In this document: positions 57,540 to 64,000 of the stretch, piece after piece
Numbering within the stretch: position 1 is the first letter of the stretch
How the letters are laid out: every line of letters starts with the position of its first letter
Assembly: GCA_035274225.1 (NCBI GenBank)
Contig: DATEOK010000250.1
Span: forward strand, 1,258 to 65,257
From: Dongiaceae bacterium
Lineage (GTDB): Bacteria > Pseudomonadota > Alphaproteobacteria > Dongiales > Dongiaceae
Length of the DNA: 64,000 bases
Direction: 5' to 3'
Position numbers and translations under genes: made by a program
Notes under the pieces: generated by a model
Told to the model about the DNA's origin: nothing
Databases searched by the model: none
What the model saw: only the letters and a program-made list of their open reading frames with translations

Positions 57540-58985
57540 ATGGCACCGCTCGCATCCAAAGGGACGACCTCCTTCCCCATGCCCAGCCACAAGTTCCATC
57601 CCAGCATCCTGCGCGAATACGACGTGCGCGGCATCGTCGGCGAAACCCTGTTCGAGCCCGATGGCGAATGGGTCGGCCGCGCCTTTGCGACCGTGCTGGC
57701 GCGCCAGCTCAATCGCGCGCCGACCATCGCGGTCGGGCGCGACGGGCGCCTGAGCTCGCCGGGGCTGACGGAAGCACTGATCAAGGGCCTGCGCGGCGCC
57801 GGCGCGAACGTGGTGTCGATCGGCGTTGGGCCGACGCCGATGCTGTATTTCTCGGTCTATCACCTGAGGACCGACGGCGGGATCATGGTCACCGGCTCGC
57901 ACAATCCGCCGACCCACAACGGCTTCAAGCTGATGATCGGCCGCAAGCCGTTCTTCGGCCAGATGATCCAGGATCTCGGCAAGCTGACCGCTGCCGGCGA
58001 CGTGCTGAGCGGCAGCGGCGAGCTCGAGACCGCGTCGGTGCTCGAGGAATACGTGGACCGGCTGGCGAGCGAGGTGGCGGATGTCGACCTCAGCCACCTC
58101 AAGGTCGGCTGGGACGCCGGCAACGGCGCGGCGGGCGAGGCGATGGCCCTGCTCACCCAGCGCATCGGCGGCAAGCACATCATCCTCAACGAGGTGATCG
58201 ACGGCAAATTCCCGGCCCATCACCCCGATCCGAGCGAGCCCAAGAACCTGGTGCAGCTGCAGGAGACGGTGGCCAGGGACAAGCTGGACCTCGGCATCGC
58301 GTTCGACGGTGACGGCGACCGCATCGGCGCCGTCGATTCCAAGGGCCGCATGCTGTTCGGCGACCAGCTGCTGTCGATCCTGGCGCGCGACGTGCTCAAG
58401 GACAAGCCGGGCGGCATCATCATCGCCGACGTGAAGGCGAGCCAGGTGCTGTTCGACGAGGTCGCGAAATACGGCGGCAAGCCGCTGATGTGGAAGACCG
58501 GCCATTCGCTGATCAAGGTCAAGATGGCGGAGACCGGCTCGCCGCTGGCGGGCGAGATGAGCGGGCACGTGTTCTTCGCCGACCGCTACTACGGATACGA
58601 CGATGCGCTCTATGCTGCCGTGCGGCTCTTGAAGGCGGTGGCGCGGCTCGGCGGCGACCTTGCCAAGCTGCGCGATCAGCTGCCGCATCCGGTCAACACG
58701 CCGGAGCTGCGCTTTCCCTGCGCCGACGACCGCAAGTTCGCGGTGGTGTCCGAAGTGCGCGACCGGCTGAAGAAGGAAGGCGCGCAGTTCGACGATGTCG
58801 ACGGTGTGCGCGTCAAGACCAAGGACGGCTGGTGGCTGCTGCGCGCCTCGAACACCCAGGCTGTGCTGGTCGCCCGCGCCGAAGCGGGCGACCAGGCGGG
58901 GCTGGAGCGGATGAAGACGCATCTTGGCAAGCAGCTGCAGCAGAGTGGCGTCGCACTGCCGGACAAGTCGACGGCTGGGCACTAA
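57540..58985 (+). CDS. Phosphomannomutase/phosphoglucomutase (AlgC/ManB type)
   Basis: It contains the phosphoserine loop TGSHNPPTHNGFK, the Mg loop FDGDGDR and the sugar-binding GEMSGH. An alternative ATG lies at 57579. Confidence 0.9.
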   Translation: MAPLASKGTTSFPMPSHKFHPSILREYDVRGIVGETLFEPDGEWVGRAFATVLARQLNRAPTIAVGRDGRLSSPGLTEALIKGLRGAGANVVSIGVGPTPMLYFSVYHLRTDGGIMVTGSHNPPTHNGFKLMIGRKPFFGQMIQDLGKLTAAGDVLSGSGELETASVLEEYVDRLASEVADVDLSHLKVGWDAGNGAAGEAMALLTQRIGGKHIILNEVIDGKFPAHHPDPSEPKNLVQLQETVARDKLDLGIAFDGDGDRIGAVDSKGRMLFGDQLLSILARDVLKDKPGGIIIADVKASQVLFDEVAKYGGKPLMWKTGHSLIKVKMAETGSPLAGEMSGHVFFADRYYGYDDALYAAVRLLKAVARLGGDLAKLRDQLPHPVNTPELRFPCADDRKFAVVSEVRDRLKKEGAQFDDVDGVRVKTKDGWWLLRASNTQAVLVARAEAGDQAGLERMKTHLGKQLQQSGVALPDKSTAGH

Positions 58986-58993
58986 TTTTCAAA

Positions 58994-59107
58994 CTGTCAT
59001 CCCGGCCAAGCCGCGCAGCGGCGCAGAGCCGGGACCCATGCCATCTCACCGAGGCATTGACAGTCCCCATGGGTCCCGGGTCGCGCTACGCTTGCCCGGG
59101 ATGACAG
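58994..59107. repeat. Type A palindromic intergenic element, copy 3
   Basis: It has the structure CTGTCATCCCGG...CCGGGACCCATGCCATCTCACCGAGGCATTGACAG...ATGGGTCCCGG...CCGGGATGACAG. The centre is nearly identical to copy 1. Confidence 0.7.
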
Positions 59108-59109
59108 AC

Positions 59110-60123
59110 CTAAAGGTACCGCTCCACGTCCTGCTCGATCGCGCCGAACAGGCTCCTCCCGTCGGCGTCCAGCATTTCGATGCGGACGCGGTCGCCGAAT
59201 TTGAGGAATGGAGTTTTGGCGCTGCCGGTGAGCAGCGTCTCGACCGTGCGCAACTCGGCGAGGCAGGAATAGCCGGCGCCGCCTTCCTTGATCGGCTTGC
59301 CGGGGCCGCCATCCGCGCCTTTGTTGGAGACGGTGCCCGAGCCGATGATGGTGCCAGCGGCGAGCGAGCGGGTGCGCGCGGCGTGGGCGATCAGCTGGCC
59401 GAAATCGAAGGTCATGTCGACGCCGGCGTTGGGCCTGCCGAACGGCTGGCCGTTGAGATGGGTCGTCAGCGGCAGGTGAACCTTGCCGCCGTCCCATGAC
59501 GCACCCAGCTCCTCCGGCGTCACCGCGACGGGCGAGAAGGCGCTGCTCGGTTTGGATTGGAAGAAGCCGAAGCCCTTCGCCAGCTCAGCCGGAATGAGGT
59601 TGCGCAGCGACACGTCGTTGACCAGCAGGATGAGCTTGATATGCGCGCGCGCCGCTTCGGCATCGACGCCCATCGGCACGTCGTCGGTGATGACGGCGAC
59701 CTCGGCTTCGAAATCGATGCCCCAGGCTTCGTCGGCCATCCGGATCGGATCGCGCGGACCGAGGAACGAGTCAGAGCCGCCCTGGTACATCAGCGGGTCG
59801 GTCCAGAAGCTGGGCGGCATCTCGGCGCCGCGCGCCTTGCGCACCAGCTCGACGTGGTTCACGTAGGCCGAGCCATCCGCCCACTGGTAGGCGCGGGGCA
59901 GGGGAGAGGCACATTCCTCCGCGGCGAATTCCTCGACGCCGAGCCATTCGCCGGCCTCGAGACGGGCGGCTTCCGCGCGCAGCAGCGGCGCGATCTCCGT
60001 CCAGTTGTCGAGCGCTTGCTGCAGTGTCGCTGCGTCACGGGCCGTGACGCAGCGCTTGAGGTCGCGGCTTACGATATGCAGGCGGCCGTCGCGGCTGCCG
60101 GTCTTCAGGGTCGCGAGCTTCAT
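59110..60123 (-). CDS. Fumarylacetoacetate hydrolase (FAH) family protein
   Basis: 337 aa, with the FAH-domain pattern GIDFEAEVAVI...VNDVSLRN...GTIIGSGT. Its start overlaps the upstream stop (ATGA). Confidence 0.85.
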   Translation of the reverse strand: MKLATLKTGSRDGRLHIVSRDLKRCVTARDAATLQQALDNWTEIAPLLRAEAARLEAGEWLGVEEFAAEECASPLPRAYQWADGSAYVNHVELVRKARGAEMPPSFWTDPLMYQGGSDSFLGPRDPIRMADEAWGIDFEAEVAVITDDVPMGVDAEAARAHIKLILLVNDVSLRNLIPAELAKGFGFFQSKPSSAFSPVAVTPEELGASWDGGKVHLPLTTHLNGQPFGRPNAGVDMTFDFGQLIAHAARTRSLAAGTIIGSGTVSNKGADGGPGKPIKEGGAGYSCLAELRTVETLLTGSAKTPFLKFGDRVRIEMLDADGRSLFGAIEQDVERYL

Positions 60124-61250
60124 GCCCCGGGTGCCTTCCAGCTGTCGACATAGCCGGCGAACTCGGTGGCGCCGGCGGCGTCGCCCACCTGCAGCGCATC
60201 GCGTGCGTCGATCATCACCGCATATTCGTCGGTCGCGGGCTTGGCCGACTTGAAGGCGTTCTTCAGCGCTTTCGGGTGCGGGCCGTGGGTGAAGCCGCAG
60301 GGGTGGAAGGTCACCATGCCCGGCTTGATGTTGTCGCGGCTGAAGAAATCGCCGGCGTGGTAGAACAGCACCTCGTCATAGTCGTCGTTGTTGTGGAAGA
60401 ACGGCACCTTCAGCGCGTCCTCTGCGGATTCGAACGGCCGGGGGCAGAAGGTGCAGACCACGAAGCGGTTGCCGACGAAGGTGGTGTGCGCCGACGGCGG
60501 CAGGTGATAGCGGTGGCTCATCAGCGGCCGGATGTCCTTGACGTTGATGCGTACCGGCGCGAGGTCGCCCTTCCAGCCCACCGCGTCGAGCGGATTATAC
60601 GGGAAGGTGACGGTGGAAATCGCATCGCGGCGCTTGATCTGGACCTTCCAGGTGCCGGGGCCTTGCTGCTTCAGGAAGGCATCGTCGATCTTCGGCGTGT
60701 CGAGCATGGCGGGGTCGAAGATCGCGTGCGGGCCGACCAGGCCCTTGTCCGGCAGCAGGTAGGAGCCGTTGGTCGCCTCGATCAGCAGCGCGGTCATCGG
60801 CGCCGCGCTCTCGATCCGCCACATGGTGCCGCGCGGCAGCATCACGTAGTCGCCGGCCTTCACAGCGAGATGGCCGTAGTCGCAATGGAGATCGCCTTCG
60901 CCCTCATGCACGAACAGCAGCTCGTCGCCGTCGCCGTTGCGGGCCAGTGCCTCCATGCGCTGTGGCACGCGCCAGAAGCGCAGCTTGACGTTGGCGTTCG
61001 AGAGGACGGCCGGCGCGTCCCAGGGCGAGGCTTGCGCACCGGTGATCTTGTTGAGATCGAATGCGCGCGGACGCAGCGGCCCTTCCCAGTCGACCCAGCC
61101 GGTCGGCGGGTTGCGGTGATACATGTGGGTGGCCGGGCCGAAGAACCCTTCCTTGCCCAGTTCGCGCTCGTAGGTGCCGCTGGGCAGCGACGCGTGGGCC
61201 TGGCGCGAGGCGTCGCCTTCGACGCGCGGGAACGAGATGTAGTTCTTCAA
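60120..61250 (-). CDS. Homogentisate 1,2-dioxygenase-family protein (short, divergent form)
   Basis: The C-terminal region PFFHNNDDYDEVLFYHAGDFF...GMVTFHPCGFTHGPHP parallels the HmgA region PYYHRN-x-MSEFMGL...SLH...HGP. The TTG start lies 8 nt after GGAGGAG. Confidence 0.8.
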   Translation of the reverse strand: MKNYISFPRVEGDASRQAHASLPSGTYERELGKEGFFGPATHMYHRNPPTGWVDWEGPLRPRAFDLNKITGAQASPWDAPAVLSNANVKLRFWRVPQRMEALARNGDGDELLFVHEGEGDLHCDYGHLAVKAGDYVMLPRGTMWRIESAAPMTALLIEATNGSYLLPDKGLVGPHAIFDPAMLDTPKIDDAFLKQQGPGTWKVQIKRRDAISTVTFPYNPLDAVGWKGDLAPVRINVKDIRPLMSHRYHLPPSAHTTFVGNRFVVCTFCPRPFESAEDALKVPFFHNNDDYDEVLFYHAGDFFSRDNIKPGMVTFHPCGFTHGPHPKALKNAFKSAKPATDEYAVMIDARDALQVGDAAGATEFAGYVDSWKAPGA

Positions 61251-61295
61251 GCTGTCTTCTCCTCCGGCTTGCCGGACGGGCTGCGATGCTCTATG

Positions 61296-61344
61296 ATCGT
61301 TTCAAATGAAACGATTGTCAAGGAATAGTTTCAGGTGAAACGAT
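61296..61344. promoter_or_regulatory. Tandem MarR-type operator palindromes
   Basis: A perfect 20-bp palindrome ATCGTTTCA-AA-TGAAACGAT lies at 61296-61315. An imperfect copy ATAGTTTCA-GG-TGAAACGAT at 61325-61344 overlaps the marR-family GTG start. Confidence 0.5.
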
Positions 61345-61790
61345 CCGGCTCCTTCGACCTGGAAAGCTTCCTGCCCTACCGGCTGTCGGTCACGACCAAC
61401 CGGGTGAGCCGGGCCTTTGCCGCGCAGTATGAACAGGAATTTGGCATCTCGATTCCGGAATGGCGGGTCATCGCCGTGCTCGGCGCCTTCGCGCCGCTGT
61501 CCTCGAACGAGATCTGCGAGCGCACCGCCATGGACAAGGCCAAGGTCAGCCGCGCCGTCGCCACCCTGCTGAAGCGCGGCCTGATCGAGCGCGAGGCGCA
61601 TGAGACCGACCAGCGCCTGATCCAGCTGACGCTGAGCAAGTCCGGCCGGAAGATCTACGAAGCCATCATCCCGCGCGCCCGCGCGATCGAGGCGGAGGTG
61701 ACGAAGGGGTTGTCGAAAAGCGATATCGCCGCGCTGCACCGCGTGCTCGATTGCGTCGGCGCGCGGCTGGATGAAATCGAAGCAGACTAG
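61335..61790 (+). CDS. MarR family transcriptional regulator
   Basis: The winged HTH region WRVIAVLGAFAPLSSNEICERTAMDKAKVSRAVATLLKRGLIER is present. It is divergent from the dioxygenase-FAH pair. Confidence 0.85.
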   Translation: MKRSGSFDLESFLPYRLSVTTNRVSRAFAAQYEQEFGISIPEWRVIAVLGAFAPLSSNEICERTAMDKAKVSRAVATLLKRGLIEREAHETDQRLIQLTLSKSGRKIYEAIIPRARAIEAEVTKGLSKSDIAALHRVLDCVGARLDEIEAD

Positions 61791-61804
61791 ACTCTGCACA
61801 AAAC

Positions 61805-61834
61805 AAAAGCCCCGGCGTTTCCGCCGGGGCTTTC
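61805..61834. terminator. Bidirectional rho-independent terminator (marR-family gene / cspA)
   Basis: The stem GCCCCGGCG-tttc-CGCCGGGGC is flanked by AAAACAAAA on one side and TTT on the other. On the minus strand it is followed by TTTTGTTTT. Confidence 0.6.
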
Positions 61835-61857
61835 AGATCCGAAGATCGTTGGATCAG

Positions 61858-62061
61858 TTACGCCAGCTTCAGGTTGCCGGCGGCCTGCTTGCCGCGCTCG
61901 CTCACCACGTCGAAGCTGACCTTCTGACCTTCCGTGAGGCCGGGCAGGCCGGCGCGCTCAACGGCGGTGACGTGCACGAACACGTCCTTCGACCCGTCGG
62001 CCGGCTGGATGAAGCCGAAGCCCTTCTGCGCGTTGAACCACTTCACGGTACCAGTAGCCAT
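61858..62061 (-). CDS. cspA: Cold-shock protein (CspA family)
   Basis: 67 aa, with RNP1 KGFGFI and RNP2 VFVHV. An AGGAG SD lies upstream. Confidence 0.9.
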   Translation of the reverse strand: MATGTVKWFNAQKGFGFIQPADGSKDVFVHVTAVERAGLPGLTEGQKVSFDVVSERGKQAAGNLKLA

Positions 62062-62328
62062 TCTCGTATCTCCTAGGCTCTCAAAGCATGCTCGATGCAT
62101 GCCGTTTCTCGCGCCGTGCGACTGCCGCACGGCATCTGCAACAACCTGATTTTTGGAAGCGTCTGGATCAGGCACCGTCCGGAGAACCGTAGGCGCGGAA
62201 AGCCAAGGCAGGCAAAAACTCGATTGCGCGCGGCATATGACACGGTGCCTAACCACGCGTCAATCGAAATCAGCCTTAACGTTCGCCGCGAAAACCTTGA
62301 AAATGCTCACCAAAAGGTGCGAATCGCG

Positions 62329-63138
62329 CTATTTCCTTGATTCGCGGTGCTTTCCGACGAAGGCTAGGACCGCCTCGTTGAACGGCTTCGGATGCTCCCA
62401 CATATAGGCGTGCCCGCCCTTGGCGGTCCCGAACGCCGCGCCGGAGATGAGGCTGTGCAGCTCGCGCGACAGGTTCATCGGGATGAGGATGTCCTCGGCG
62501 CCGGCCAGCACCAGGGTCGGCACCGTGATGGCCTTGAGGCGCGCGCGCGTGTCGTGGGTCTGGATCGAGTTCAATTGCCACAGATAGACCTCGACCGGCT
62601 GATCGAGCGCCGCCATCGCCGCCTCGAATTCCTTGAGCGTCGCCTCTTGCGTGAGGAAGAACTCCTGGGTGAAGGCCCAGAGCGTGACATCGCGCATGAC
62701 GGCCGGCACGCCCATCACCGGCGCCATGTCCTGCCACAGCTTGAACATGCGCGAGCAGAACGGGCCGGGCGCGGCGTAAGTGCAGCAGAGCGTGAGCGAA
62801 CGCAGGTCGCCCTGATAGGCGAGGGCATATTCCTGGCTGATCATGCCGCCCATCGACACGCCGACCAGATGGAAGTCGCGCAGCTTGAGATGGTCGACCA
62901 GCGCCTTGGCGTCCGCCGCCATCATGGCAGTGGTGTATGGCCCCTTCGGCCGCGACGACTTGCCGATGCCGCGGTTGTCGAAGCGCAGCACGCGATAACC
63001 GGCGCCGAGCAGATCCTCCATCTGGCCGTACCAGGTGGTGAGATCGTCGGCGAGGCCGTTGATCAGCACGATGGTCTCCGGCCCGTCGCCCTCGAGCTCG
63101 TAGTTGATCTCGACATCCTTCAGCTTGACCATCGGCAT
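62329..63138 (-). CDS. Alpha/beta hydrolase (3-oxoadipate enol-lactonase-like)
   Basis: It contains the nucleophile elbow GVSMGG and HG-type LINGLADD. The ATG at 63138 follows a GGGAGAG SD. Confidence 0.85.
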   Translation of the reverse strand: MPMVKLKDVEINYELEGDGPETIVLINGLADDLTTWYGQMEDLLGAGYRVLRFDNRGIGKSSRPKGPYTTAMMAADAKALVDHLKLRDFHLVGVSMGGMISQEYALAYQGDLRSLTLCCTYAAPGPFCSRMFKLWQDMAPVMGVPAVMRDVTLWAFTQEFFLTQEATLKEFEAAMAALDQPVEVYLWQLNSIQTHDTRARLKAITVPTLVLAGAEDILIPMNLSRELHSLISGAAFGTAKGGHAYMWEHPKPFNEAVLAFVGKHRESRK

Positions 63139-63163
63139 GACGTTCTCTCCCTCGCTCGAAATT

Positions 63164-64000
63164 TCAGCGCGCGGCTTCGCGCCGCGCACCCACCAAACCT
63201 TGCGGCCGCGCGACCAGCACCAGGATGACGATGCCCAGCGTCAGCGCGCCATGATAGGGCAGCATCGCATCCGGCAGGTAGGCGGCCAGGTAGATCTCGA
63301 TCGCGCCGAGCAGCAGGCCGCCGAGCACGGCGCCCTGCAGGCTGCCGAGGCCGCCCAGCGTGGTCGCGATGAAGGCCTTCAGCACCGGCACCAGGCCCAT
63401 CAGCGGATCGACCGAGGAGCGTTGCGCCATCCACAGGATCGCGGCGATCCCCGCGAGCAGCCCGGACAGCGCGAAGGCGGCGGCGATCACGCGGTTGGCG
63501 CGGATGCCCATGAGGCGCGTCACGTCGAAATCCTCTGCCGCCGCGCGCATGGCAAGGCCGATGGTCGTGCGCTTCAGGAACTGGTTGAGCGCGATGAGGA
63601 CGAGGATCGCGACCACCACCGAGATGACACGGTTGACGCCGATGGCGATGCCGCCGAGGTCCAGCGTCGCGGTCAGCATGGCGGGCAGCGGCACGATCTG
63701 CGGCCGGGTGGAAATGAACAGCTGGAAGGCGAGCTGCAGCAGGACCGCGACCGCGAAGCTGGTCAACAGCATGGTGGCGCCGCTGGCGCCGCGCACCGGC
63801 CGGAACGCGATGCGCTCCAGCAGCACCGCGCTCGCCATCACCACCACGATGGCAAGCGGCGCCGCCACCAGGAACGGCAAGCCATAGCCGGCGGCGCCGA
63901 CCAACACATAGCCGGTCAGGGTCATCAGCGCGCCATGGGCGAAGTTGATGAGGCCGAGGATGGAATAGACCACCGCGAGGCCGAGCGCGAGCAGGGCGTA
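63164..64000 (-). CDS. Branched-chain amino acid ABC transporter permease (LivH-like), 5' end outside the window
   Basis: Polytopic protein with INFAHGALMTL and GLAMRAAAED motifs. The frame is open to the window edge. Confidence 0.85.
   Translation of the reverse strand, partial: YALLALGLAVVYSILGLINFAHGALMTLTGYVLVGAAGYGLPFLVAAPLAIVVVMASAVLLERIAFRPVRGASGATMLLTSFAVAVLLQLAFQLFISTRPQIVPLPAMLTATLDLGGIAIGVNRVISVVVAILVLIALNQFLKRTTIGLAMRAAAEDFDVTRLMGIRANRVIAAAFALSGLLAGIAAILWMAQRSSVDPLMGLVPVLKAFIATTLGGLGSLQGAVLGGLLLGAIEIYLAAYLPDAMLPYHGALTLGIVILVLVARPQGLVGARREAAR

Overview
High-GC (about 65%) alphaproteobacterial chromosome. The palindromic intergenic repeats suggest Bradyrhizobiaceae, but that is inference only. 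I saw no rRNA, tRNA, CRISPR array, transposase or integrase.

Gene content, in order:
1. 1-6943: a C-P lyase phosphonate locus. phnJ(partial)KLM-DUF1045-phnN converges on phnCDE.
2. 7.3-12.6 kb: a compact accessory-looking locus with a PqqD-like RRE protein, an HprK-related kinase, two tandem GT2 glycosyltransferases and a convergent PF14907-type nucleotidyltransferase. No lasso cyclase or protease is present. This is my top candidate for an undescribed system.
3. 12.7-22.5 kb: small housekeeping and regulatory genes (DUF1194, an exported protein, SnoaL, cupin, ArsR-SRPBCC) and a GntR-chvE-gguAB sugar uptake locus.
4. 22.5-29.8 kb: a sugar-type ABC operon carrying two strictosidine-synthase-like (SSL) beta-propeller paralogs, one fused to a permease. 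Large palindromic repeats interrupt the operon.
5. 30-38 kb: a CoA-transferase, a FUSC exporter, a B12-radical-SAM plus DOPA-dioxygenase-family pair, pirin, a DUF4259-like protein and a Tat-exported intradiol dioxygenase.
6. 38.2-54.5 kb: a catabolic island whose enzyme families mirror the Mesorhizobium loti vitamin B6 (pyridoxine) degradation pathway. It lacks the known lower pathway and carries a bicupin dioxygenase / LVIVD / RidA / GST operon and a BMP-type ABC importer instead.
7. 54.9-64 kb: an acyl-CoA synthetase, a decayed AlgD-like fragment next to a phosphomannomutase, a MarR-controlled short homogentisate-dioxygenase-like plus FAH pair, cspA, an alpha/beta hydrolase and a partial LivH permease.

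Three families of palindromic intergenic repeats recur through the window. Many long antisense ORFs in the track are high-GC artefacts and were not called.

All product calls rest on motif recognition by eye and on gene context. No database search was run.
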